The position numbers were made by a program, and so were the translations under genes. The notes below the pieces were generated by a model. That model was given only the letters and a program-made list of their open reading frames with translations. It was not told where the DNA came from and ran no database searches. Source: Obrimoposthia wandeli (Eukaryota). From it: 64,000 nt of DNA. Position 1 is the stretch's first letter, and each line of letters opens with the position of its first letter. Of the stretch, positions 41,886-52,200 are shown piece after piece. The stretch lies in NCBI GenBank assembly GCA_977020255.1, contig CDROCS010004528.1, forward strand, positions 1 through 64,000. The letters are read 5' to 3'.

Positions 41886-42923
41886 ATGATAAAACAAAAA
41901 ATTCTCGGTGAATCTTATTTATTAACTCAGGCACTAGAGCAACTCAGTATTGTTGCGCCTTTAAACAAATCAGTGCTGATCATTGGAGAGCGCGGCACAG
42001 GGAAAGAGTTAGTGGCTGAACGCTTACACTACTTGTCTACCCGCTGGGATAAGCCTTATTTAAAAGTAAATTGCGCAGCACTTAGCGAAAACTTACTAGA
42101 ATCTACACTTTTTGGCCACGAGGTAGGCGCATTCACTGGCGCAACAAAGGCTAGCAAAGGCCTGTTTGAGCGCGCCGATGAAGGCACTTTATTTTTAGAT
42201 GAGCTAGGCTGCGTATCAACTCGAGTTCAAGAAAAACTATTACGAGTAATCGAATATGGAGAATTCGAGCGTTTAGGTGCTCAGCAGCCAATTCAAATCA
42301 ACACTCGCCTAATAGGCGCGAGTAATGAAGATTTGCCGCAAATGGTTAATAAAGGACTCTTTAGGGCTGATTTATTAGACCGACTAGCTTTTGATGTTAT
42401 TAATTTACCTCCACTGCGCTTACGCCCTGAAGACATCCTTATTCTAGCGGAGCATTTCGCTGTCACTATGTGCATAGAACTAGGCAGAGAAGTTTTTATG
42501 GGGTTTAGTCATGCTGCTACTCAAACACTACAAACACATACTTGGCCTGGTAATATTCGAGAGTTAAAAAACGCAGTCCAGAGAAGCGTCTATCGACAAC
42601 AAGAGCCGCAATTGAGTGTTGAGCATATTGTATTAAACCCTTTCAAAGCCGCTTGGAATAGTGACGATTCCTCGATAGCGGTACCAACATCAGCTACCCC
42701 AGTGAATAATCACAGCGGTGAAGACGCTAGCAACTCTTACGCAAGCCTTAAAAAACAAGTAAGTGAGTTTGAAATACAACTAATAAAAGCGAGCTTAATC
42801 CAACATTTTTTCCACCAAAAAAATACTGCTCAAGCACTAGGACTCACTTATGATCAACTACGTGCTTATCTAAGAAAATATCCACAACTACTAATAAAGA
42901 ATTCGCCTGATTCACAACCCTAA
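41886..42923 (+). CDS. pspF: sigma54 enhancer-binding activator PspF
   Basis: [29 protein letters not shown]; divergent from pspA. Confidence 0.95.
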   Translation: MIKQKILGESYLLTQALEQLSIVAPLNKSVLIIGERGTGKELVAERLHYLSTRWDKPYLKVNCAALSENLLESTLFGHEVGAFTGATKASKGLFERADEGTLFLDELGCVSTRVQEKLLRVIEYGEFERLGAQQPIQINTRLIGASNEDLPQMVNKGLFRADLLDRLAFDVINLPPLRLRPEDILILAEHFAVTMCIELGREVFMGFSHAATQTLQTHTWPGNIRELKNAVQRSVYRQQEPQLSVEHIVLNPFKAAWNSDDSSIAVPTSATPVNNHSGEDASNSYASLKKQVSEFEIQLIKASLIQHFFHQKNTAQALGLTYDQLRAYLRKYPQLLIKNSPDSQP

Positions 42924-43218
42924 TCGGCAACAATTGATCATTTACTCTTTGCCGCTCAAGGGGTTACTCTTTGCCTCTTATAAAACCAATCTTAAGTCAC
43001 AGATTAGTTTTATATATTTTTAGGCAATAACAACGCTATTCTGACAACTGCAATTCACACAAAGACGCTCAACATTCCATATAACTTACTAATATAAAAC
43101 AATATATTACAACCTCCTGCAGCATCCTTATCTTGAATACAACTACCTTTGTGAAATTTACAAAAATGGCCTGCTAATTGCTTGAACTAGATATATTACA
43201 ATTTAGAGCAGGTTACCA

Positions 43219-44457
43219 ATGAATCTTTCACTACCCATTGATTTGACAATAAAAAGCCAGCATTCTAGTCTTTTAATCGGCCTAGAAAAGCTAATGACGA
43301 AAGCTTTTCGTGCGGAAGACTTGAGCGAAATAGCAAAAGATTTACTTATCAGATCCCAACAAGATGACGGGAACGCCCTCTTAGACTTTTCTGTTTTATT
43401 GCAATTACAAGGCAACAAAAGCGCCGGATTAGCCGTGCAAAAAGAAGCCTTATCTGTACAGCAAGTTTTTACTTTAAACCCGACTTTTGACAACGCTAAA
43501 AATCAAAAAGTAAAATTATTAGCCATATACACCGATGGCGATTTAATGACTAATACTCCTCTTGAGTTTCTTGCACAAGGCGCTGATTTTACATTACATA
43601 TTCTCTATATCAGCCCCTATTTGCCACTACCCTCGGTCATTCCAGAGCACGACATTGCCATGGTAGCGATTAGCGAGTTAGATAGAAACTTGGACCGCCT
43701 ACCACTGGCACAAAATTTAATAGACCAGCTAAGCTCTAATGTTCTCAACAAGCCTGCAAACATTGCTAAACTATCAAGAGATACTATTAGCGAAAGATTA
43801 CAAAACCTAACTGGCGTTGATATTCCCTTAACAATTCGCGCTACAAAATCGCAGCTCCTGAATCAATCAATGGAGCAATTGTGCGAATCCAGTCATAAAT
43901 CCGTCCAATACCCTATTATCATTCGCCCTATCGATTCTCATGCCGGCAATCAATTAGCGAAAGTCGATTGCGAAACTGATTTGACTGCTTATTTAAGCCA
44001 GAGCATGAAAGAAGAGTTTTTTATTGCCTCTTTTGTTGATTATAAAAGTGAGGATGGGCTCTATAAGAAATACCGAATCATGGTCATAGACGGTAAGCCC
44101 TTTATTGCTCACATGGCAGTGTCAGATCACTGGATGATCCACTACTTAAATGCGGGTATGATAGAAAATGCACACAAACGCTTTGCAGAAGCACAGGCAA
44201 TGGGCCGCTTTGAGCAAGGCTTTGCTAAAAAGCACCAACATGCATTTGAACTATTAACACAAAATATCGGGCTAGATTATTATGGCTTAGATTGCGCCGA
44301 GACGATAAATGGCGAGTTATTAATTTTTGAAGCCTGCGCTTCTCTCAATGTACACTCGATGGATTGCGAAAAAACCTTTCCTTACAAGAAAGTCCAAATG
44401 CAAAAAATATATGATGCGTTTCATCAAATGCTTATCGACAAAAGCGCAGCCAATTAG
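43219..44457 (+). CDS. ATP-grasp (RimK-like) protein of unknown substrate
   Basis: IIRPIDSHAG, FVDYKSEDGLYKKYR, LDYYGLDC, IFEA. Confidence 0.75.
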   Translation: MNLSLPIDLTIKSQHSSLLIGLEKLMTKAFRAEDLSEIAKDLLIRSQQDDGNALLDFSVLLQLQGNKSAGLAVQKEALSVQQVFTLNPTFDNAKNQKVKLLAIYTDGDLMTNTPLEFLAQGADFTLHILYISPYLPLPSVIPEHDIAMVAISELDRNLDRLPLAQNLIDQLSSNVLNKPANIAKLSRDTISERLQNLTGVDIPLTIRATKSQLLNQSMEQLCESSHKSVQYPIIIRPIDSHAGNQLAKVDCETDLTAYLSQSMKEEFFIASFVDYKSEDGLYKKYRIMVIDGKPFIAHMAVSDHWMIHYLNAGMIENAHKRFAEAQAMGRFEQGFAKKHQHAFELLTQNIGLDYYGLDCAETINGELLIFEACASLNVHSMDCEKTFPYKKVQMQKIYDAFHQMLIDKSAAN

Positions 44458-44503
44458 ACAGTATCAGTCCAGATCAATAATACCCGAAAACCTTGGGGAT
44501 AAT

Positions 44504-45157
44504 CTAAGGTTTTAATACCTGCTTCTTATTTTTTCTATTGGGGTAACAAGTAGAACAAATTTCGCAATCCAAACCAAAGCAGCTTCTTGCCTGACAGTGC
44601 TCTCTAGCGTAATAAATGATTTGCAGGTGTATATCATTCCATCGCGACCTAGGAAATAGCTTTTTTAGATCAAGCTCCGTTTGCTGCACATTCTTTCCAT
44701 TTGTTAACCCCCAGCGCTGCGCTAATCTATGGATATGAGTATCTACTGCAAAAGCTGGATGCCCGAAAGCCTGGCTCATCACTACAGAAGCGGTCTTATG
44801 GCCTACACCTGGCAGTTTTTCAAGATCGGTGAAATTATCAGGCACTTCTGCATTATGATCTTCAACTAGCATCTTAGATAACACACTAATTGCTTTAGAT
44901 TTTTGAGGAGATAACCCACAAGGCCGTATGATCTCCTTGATACGTTCAACCGGAACATTCATCATTTTGTAAGGCGTATCAGCCATCTGAAATAAGGCAG
45001 GGGTAACCGTATTAACTCTTGCATCAGTGCACTGTGCAGACAACAGCACTGCAACTAATAAGGAATACGAATCCGTATGATCTAAAGGTATGGGAGGGTT
45101 GGGGTACAGCTCTTGTAAGCGGTTATCTATAAAAGCCGCGCGTTCCTTTTTAAGCAT
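44504..45157 (-). CDS. nth: Endonuclease III
   Basis: LLSAQCTD, HhH LPGVGHKTA, AVDTHIHR, C-terminal Cys cluster. Confidence 0.93.
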   Translation of the reverse strand: MLKKERAAFIDNRLQELYPNPPIPLDHTDSYSLLVAVLLSAQCTDARVNTVTPALFQMADTPYKMMNVPVERIKEIIRPCGLSPQKSKAISVLSKMLVEDHNAEVPDNFTDLEKLPGVGHKTASVVMSQAFGHPAFAVDTHIHRLAQRWGLTNGKNVQQTELDLKKLFPRSRWNDIHLQIIYYAREHCQARSCFGLDCEICSTCYPNRKNKKQVLKP

Positions 45158-45414
45158 AAATAATATTATAGACCTTGATCAAAACAGTAATAAAGAACAT
45201 ACAATTGTACACTCAAGAGATGAAACTGTATTAAGTTGCTGCTAAGAGAGTTGATAATAAGATAAGGTCATAGTCTACGATATAACAAAGTCAATGTACC
45301 CTATTTATCGATTTGATCGTAATAAGAGTATATTACGTTGGTTTTAATAGTGTATTTTCGAGCCTAGTACTTTTACAACACCTCCTTTTACGGCGAATTA
45401 TAACTGATGTCTAC

Positions 45415-46674
45415 CTATGCTGGGCACATTGGTGCTAAATATTCTTTGTTGTACATAACGACCTTATCTCGCCCTGAATTTTTAGCTTGATATAACGCTT
45501 TATCCGCATTGTTAATTAACTTTTTAAGTTCTGAATATTCATCACTCATTATCATCCCAATGCTCACTGTATATTTTACCTCATAGTGTTCACCAATAAG
45601 GCACTGCTTGGCTAAGAGTTTACGCAGTTTATTAGCAAATTCTTGAGCATCCCTGGCAGTTACGTTATTGAGTATCAGCACAAACTCTTCACCGCCAACA
45701 CGAGAAAAAATATCTTCTTTGCGAATCCTGTTCAACGTGGTTCGACTAAACGCCTTTAATACTTCATCACCGACATCATGACCATAATAGTCGTTTACCA
45801 ATTTAAAATTATCGATATCCAACATAAGCACTGCAACTTGAGTATGTTCACGCCTATTCAAGGATAGCAACATAGGGCCTGTTTCCATTAAGTACTTCCT
45901 GTTATGCACCCCTGTTAAAAAATCTTTTAAGGTCAAGCCTTCTAAGTCAGCATGGTATTTTTCCATACGTTTGCTAATAAACAAAAACGAGATAAGAATC
46001 AGAAATAAATTTATTATTAAAATCAATGGTATTAGGTAGATTAAGCTTTCTCTGCGAGCTTCCATTTCCCCAACTATTTTCTGAAATCTACGATCTACTG
46101 ACGAGAGGACACTATTTATCGATGCTATATTATCAAGCCCTAAACGAAGATACTCCTCTGATTGTAAACCTGTATCGAATAACCCGCCTTTGATTACTGC
46201 GTAGCTCATTTGTTCTATCACTTGGTCAAAAGCGCGTTTTTCTAGCTCTCTCAATCTATAATTTGCTATATCTACTTTATATAAGGTTTCACTCTCAATT
46301 GCGGTAAAGATACGATAATTACTATTTTTTTGGTCAAAATTGGCAGCCACCCCAAGGCTTTTTACACCTCTCTTGTCTAATTTATCTATCGTGTTTATTA
46401 AATAGTTTCTCTTATTTAATAAACGATCGTATTTCGCAAGATTTACAGGGTCTAAGTTGAGTAAGTATTGTTTGGCATGAAAGGATAAGTTTTCAGTTTG
46501 CAAACGGTATTGATTTAATTTTGAGACGATCCAAAAGCGTTGATTTTCAATTAATTGCGACCGAAAATTCATTTGATAGAATTGATACCCCAAATATGTA
46601 CTAAAGAAAATAATAGCAACAAGTACCCATTGGAATATTTTGAAAGATAACTTAAAAGAAATAGGTTTAGTCAT
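45415..46674 (-). CDS. Membrane-bound GGDEF diguanylate cyclase
   Basis: Two TM segments, DFLTG..NR, LDIDNFK..ND..GH, RVGGEEF, ADKALYQAK..GR. Confidence 0.92.
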   Translation of the reverse strand: MTKPISFKLSFKIFQWVLVAIIFFSTYLGYQFYQMNFRSQLIENQRFWIVSKLNQYRLQTENLSFHAKQYLLNLDPVNLAKYDRLLNKRNYLINTIDKLDKRGVKSLGVAANFDQKNSNYRIFTAIESETLYKVDIANYRLRELEKRAFDQVIEQMSYAVIKGGLFDTGLQSEEYLRLGLDNIASINSVLSSVDRRFQKIVGEMEARRESLIYLIPLILIINLFLILISFLFISKRMEKYHADLEGLTLKDFLTGVHNRKYLMETGPMLLSLNRREHTQVAVLMLDIDNFKLVNDYYGHDVGDEVLKAFSRTTLNRIRKEDIFSRVGGEEFVLILNNVTARDAQEFANKLRKLLAKQCLIGEHYEVKYTVSIGMIMSDEYSELKKLINNADKALYQAKNSGRDKVVMYNKEYLAPMCPA

Positions 46675-46914
46675 ACTTAATGATCCATTTAAAAATAATC
46701 ACTTAGTAGCCTCAAACATCTATGATGCATACAACTGTCAGCTTCTATACGGAGATAGCTTTATAAAACCTTAATATAATACATTTTTAACAACATTTTA
46801 TCTATATATTTATTTTTTGTTAATTTTAAAAACATACTGAAACAGCTAATAATATTTCCAAACTCTACCAAGCTAACTGCTACTTAGTTTAAGAATACCA
46901 CTTACACAATAGCG

Positions 46915-49194
46915 CTACTCCACCACAAAACTGACGACATCGATATTTCCTTGATCGTCAACAACTGACAATTGGTACTGCCCGGTATTATTAATAGCTA
47001 AATCCAAAGAGCTAACAGTTTGGTTGCTTCCTAAAAAATCACCATTCAAATACCATGAATTTTCGCCGCTACCACCTTGCACCTTAAGCTGTAAATTTAG
47101 CTGCCCTCCTCTAAACTGATAATGGCTGTTCTCAGGAATAGATGTGATCTTAATATTCTTTTGCTCGGTTAATAGTTGCCGACAACTTGGATGACGATTC
47201 TTTAAAAGAAAATTACTACGTTTGCTCTTATTTAACCAAGGCTCAAGCGCTTGCGGCCATAAAGCTATCTTCAGTTGGGTTGCTTTACCATTATCGCAAC
47301 TGGGGTCTACGCGCTTATCATCTTCATCACGCCAAATCGTTTTAAGTAACGGCCTTTGGGCAATAGTAGGCGGTATTGTATTATCAAGTATCCAAGCTAT
47401 TTTCTTTTGCTGGCAATTATTCTTTGAGTTCTCTATCGCTGAAGATAAAGTACCTAATGGCCAGCAGATCTCCTGCTCTGTAACAGATTCAGGTTTGGCT
47501 AACATCTCATCTTTCGCTATCGCTCGGTAAACTTTAAATAGCAATGGAGCCGCTGATTTTCTTCCTGAAATCCCCACTGAGGCACTTGCATCTGGCCTAC
47601 CTACCCACACTCCAATACTCCATTTCTTACTCACTCCCATAGCCCAAGCTTCGCGATGCCCATAACTGGTTCCGGTTTTCCAAGCGAGCGTCCAATTATT
47701 ACTAAATCGTTTGCTGCGGGTCATTCTATTAGGCTTTACTGCCAGCATTTTCCAAGTAACCCATGCAGCGCCTGGACTTAATAAGTAACGCTCTATTGGC
47801 ACCTCCTCTTTAGTAAATCTTGGTTTAATAGTAATTCCCGACCTAGCTAGCGCTGAGTAAGTCCCTAATAGAGACTCTAATGTTGTGCCCACACCACCGA
47901 GTATCATAGATACATTTGGCTTTTTCGCTCCTTCCCCTGACAGTGCTAACCCTGAAAACTGCAGCTTGTCAGCAAACAATTCAGGTTCCAATTTTTCTAG
48001 CACTTGTACGGCAGGTATATTGAGTGAGCGCTGCAACGCTTGTGTCACACTAATAGGTCCATTAAAGCCGCCACTAAAATTTTTTGGCTGATATGCCCGC
48101 TTAAACCGAGGAGTATCTTGCAACAAAGATTGAGAGTGTATTAAACCTTTATCAATGCTCAATCCATACAGAAACGGCTTCAAGGTAGATCCTGGAGATC
48201 GTGTTGCTTTCACCATATCTACATGTCCAAAACGCTTTTCATTTAAGAATCCTGATGAGCCTATATAGCTGCGTACCGCTCCGTTTTGATTATCCATTAC
48301 CAGCACAGCCGCTGATAATCCCGGCGCTAAGCGCTCAGAGTAGTCCGCCACCAGCGCCTCTAACTGGCTTTGCATATTGGCATCTATTAACGTCTCTATT
48401 TTTTCACAACTAAAACAGCGCTTTTTGAGCCGCCTAGCAAGTAATGGAGCGCGAAGCGGTGCATCTTGGCGCAATGAATATATTGGTTCAGCCATCGCAT
48501 CCAACACTCTTTGAGCAGGCCATATTTGTAGCGCTAACATACGCTTTAAGACTTTATCGCGCGCATCTTTAGCCGCCTTAGGATACCTGTCAGGGCGCCA
48601 TCTACTCGGCGCTTGCGGAAGCACGGCAAGCAGTGCTGCCTCTGCATCACTTAATTGATCCAACGGCTTGTCAAAATAGCTAATACTCGCCGCTTGGACG
48701 CCGATGAGTGTGCCTCCAAATGGGGCTAAATTTAAATATAAATTGAGTATTTGCGATTTACTTAAATGCCATTCAAGCTGTAAAGCCCGCAATACTTGCT
48801 GCATTTTACCGCTAAGGCTTTTTTCATGGGGATGCAAAAGTCTCGCGACTTGCATGGTAAGAGTGGAGCCACCAGATACGATACGATTTGCAGCTAAATT
48901 TTGCCAAGCAGCGCGTAAAATTGCTAGCGGGTTTATACCAAAATGCTGATAAAACCAGCGATCTTCATATCCTAATAGCAGCGTTTTATAATGCAGCGGG
49001 ACTTGGTCTGTCTCTATCGGGTAGCGCCACTGCTGATGTGCATTACTAAACGCTCTTAATACTTCTCCATTACTAGCAAGCACTACTGTACTGAAAGATT
49101 TTTGCTCACTTCTTGGATAACAAAAATCCAACAATAATAGGCAAAATGCCCCGAGTAACACTACAAGGCAGAGTGATGAAAACGCCTTTAACAC
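46915..49194 (-). CDS. pbpC: Penicillin-binding protein 1C
   Basis: EDRWF, GGSTLTMQVARL, SPGSTLKPF, KTGTS, C-terminal BiPBP domain; follows the A2M gene. Confidence 0.95.
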   Translation of the reverse strand: MLKAFSSLCLVVLLGAFCLLLLDFCYPRSEQKSFSTVVLASNGEVLRAFSNAHQQWRYPIETDQVPLHYKTLLLGYEDRWFYQHFGINPLAILRAAWQNLAANRIVSGGSTLTMQVARLLHPHEKSLSGKMQQVLRALQLEWHLSKSQILNLYLNLAPFGGTLIGVQAASISYFDKPLDQLSDAEAALLAVLPQAPSRWRPDRYPKAAKDARDKVLKRMLALQIWPAQRVLDAMAEPIYSLRQDAPLRAPLLARRLKKRCFSCEKIETLIDANMQSQLEALVADYSERLAPGLSAAVLVMDNQNGAVRSYIGSSGFLNEKRFGHVDMVKATRSPGSTLKPFLYGLSIDKGLIHSQSLLQDTPRFKRAYQPKNFSGGFNGPISVTQALQRSLNIPAVQVLEKLEPELFADKLQFSGLALSGEGAKKPNVSMILGGVGTTLESLLGTYSALARSGITIKPRFTKEEVPIERYLLSPGAAWVTWKMLAVKPNRMTRSKRFSNNWTLAWKTGTSYGHREAWAMGVSKKWSIGVWVGRPDASASVGISGRKSAAPLLFKVYRAIAKDEMLAKPESVTEQEICWPLGTLSSAIENSKNNCQQKKIAWILDNTIPPTIAQRPLLKTIWRDEDDKRVDPSCDNGKATQLKIALWPQALEPWLNKSKRSNFLLKNRHPSCRQLLTEQKNIKITSIPENSHYQFRGGQLNLQLKVQGGSGENSWYLNGDFLGSNQTVSSLDLAINNTGQYQLSVVDDQGNIDVVSFVVE

Positions 49195-49200
49195 ACGCCG

Positions 49201-52200
49201 TTACCTAGCTAATACTGTAATCTTGCCAGCACTTGCTCCTTGATGACGAATTTCTGGACGATACATATCCTCAGCAAAAGTTGGCGGCACATTATATGTA
49301 CCCGGTGATACAGCCCTGACTAAATAGTAGACTCGCACTAGGCGCTTTCTTGGCAGATCAATAGCCATTACAAATCTATCATCCCGGTACTCCTGATGGG
49401 CTATTGATAAATCGTACATAATGTCAGAGATCGAATTACCTTGTACTTTAAGATCTGTTTGATCATAACTATCAGCTAAATTTTGGTTCTCTATTTCCAA
49501 GCCTGCTGGTAACAGGTCAACCAACATTGCATGGCGTAACCTTTGCTCTGACTTTACAGCCAGTTCAACAATCAACTTCTCACCACTGCGAATTTTATCT
49601 GCAATAAACCGATTACCGTCAAGGTCGTAATAAGTCCGTTCGACTTGAAGTTTATTATTAAGCGCTTTAGGGGCATATTGTGTATAACCTGATGCACGCA
49701 AATTCAAATAAGCATTTTGCTCACTGTTATTCCTCACCTGTATTGCTTGTGAGAGTTCACTGTTCGACAGTGTAACTTCGAGCCTTTGTAGCGTCTGCTC
49801 TACCTTTTCTCCCGCCAGTTCCCAGGCCAAATTAAGCGTTGAGCCTTTCAAAGATTTCAATTCTTTTGCGAGTAGAAACAACGCATTTCGCTCTTGAGTA
49901 CTTAACCAACGTCTGCTCTCTAACGCTTGTACTAACGCAATTAATAAAGGCTGCCAAGTCTGTGTCGCAGCATTTTTCTCTAACAACCAAAAGTTCGACA
50001 ATGCAAGATCCCTCACCACACTAGAATAGTAGATGTCATCTTTACCGTAATCATCTACGCGTAAACTGGCGGTGTGCAATGCTTGTTCAGCACGCTTTTT
50101 ATCTCCTGCTTGTTGTAGTGCTAAGCCTAATTGTAACAATGCCATTGGAGTCGCGTTATCGCGCTTGCGATCATACATTGTTCGTAATATAGACAGCGGG
50201 GCTTGGTTAATTCTTGCCAATACTTGCGCGGCATAGGCACGTACCGCAAACTTTGTCTGGCTATTAATATCTTCATAGTAACTACTTATCTTATTTGGGC
50301 TACGTAGATAAGTAGCTAAAGTGCGCAATGCCTTCTTTAAATTAGCACCAGGGACTTGATATCCCGCCTCTTTAGCACGCAGTAAGAAATCAACAACATA
50401 CACACTTAACCAATGCTCTTCCGGGCTTTGGCTTGACCAAAGGCCAAAACCTCCACTGGAGCGCTGCATTGTTTGCAATCTTTGAATAGCTTTATTCACA
50501 GCCGCTCTTCTAGCTTGAGCTGTGCTGCCTTTAATACCTAATTGTGCTAACAACTGATCATTGATATACAGCTGTGGAAAAACACCGCTCGTCGTTTGTT
50601 CTAAACAACCATAAGGATAAGCTTTCAGTGCACTTAAATGATTAGCAATATCAAGTGGTGGTTGGTTTGAAACGTTTAGCGAACCACTTAAACTGCTGTT
50701 TAGCATTGCCTCTAGCTCACTCGCAGCCAGATTAAAACTTTGCCCTGAAGACAAGACTTTCTGCCATTGCCTGTCCGTTTTTGCCCACGCTGGGCTAATT
50801 GATAATTGCCAATGCCTATTTAATGCTAAGATTTGCTGCGAGCCTTCTAGTACAACATTATTTAGCGTGAGGTCAATTTCTACTGAGCGATAGTCGGCAC
50901 TGGCAACAATAGGGAAATATAATGTTTTTTTCTCACCTTTTGCCAAAGTCACTGTTAATTTTTGTGACTCTTCAGCTTTTGATTGCTCATCACCTGTAAT
51001 GAATCGTAAACCTTTACCCAGTGATAAGTTTAACGCCAATTGCTGTGCGCTACCGGATAAATTGTTTAAATCTAACGCCAGTTGAGATTCATCACCTGCG
51101 CGCATTAGCCTAGGCTTAGTTAATTGTGCAACCACAGGCGCCGCTACCTCAATATCTTTTTCACTGGCTCCATAACTTTGCTCTGCAAAAGCAACCGCCA
51201 TTAATCGTAAACGCCCATTAAAATTTGGGATAGATAAGGTAACAGTGGCTTCGCCGTTCGCATTAACATCGACCACTCCAGAAAAAAGAGACACTATCTG
51301 TACATCTGGGTCCGCTTCGCCGCCTTGTGCAACATCACTATCACCACCAAACTTAAGCTGTGCTATCACCCCTTTTTCTGCATTGATTAGGTCACTATAA
51401 CTGTCTCTGGCACTGACACCATATGCACGCTGCTCGAAAAAACCTTTAAATGGATCAGGTGTTTCAAACCGTGAAATATTAAGGATTCCAACATCTACAG
51501 CTGCCAATGTTACTTGTACTGGCCCTTTCGCTGGAACTTCTCCTTTATTTTCTAACACTTGTATAGGAACAATTAACTGTGTATCAGGTAGTATTTTATC
51601 AGGAGTATCTATCCTTACTTGTAAATTGCGCGCTTCGCGATCTAATCTTAACGGTGCTATACCCATCATTCTTCTGGGCAGCTTTTCTTCTCGATTTGCA
51701 CCGGGTTGTATCAATAGTACAGAGACGTATAAATCATGCGAACTCCAACCTTCTTGTACCTTGAATGAAACGGTTTTGCCTTGTTCGGGAATCTCAACCA
51801 ATTGGCGATACAGCGCTTTATCTGATTCAACTAAGAGGTAGCCGCGTCCCGCTGCAGGGGCTTTAATTTGAACCTCTACGGTATCACCCACTTTATAATG
51901 CTGCTGGTTTAGAGCGAGACCGATACGATCAGGACGTCCAGCCATCACTGTTTCATCCGCATCCCAACCTGCTCTAAACTTATAACCTGTCACTATATTA
52001 GTTTGTGGATTAGTGACTTCTAAACGGTAATAACCCCAATCGACAGGGAGCGAAACACTCGTTAATTCGCCCGCCTTGATCTGAATATCTTTTCTCATTA
52101 CCGTGTAATGACGTTCTGTATAATCCGAGGTCCATCCTTGTGAGTCTGTATATAACCAATGATAATTACGGCGTTCGCGAATCAGCTTTACCTGTAAATT

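Noticed and set aside
40177-42923. Phage shock operon as part of the anti-phage island
   Set aside because: Standard envelope-stress pspFABC in the core region with canonical regulation.
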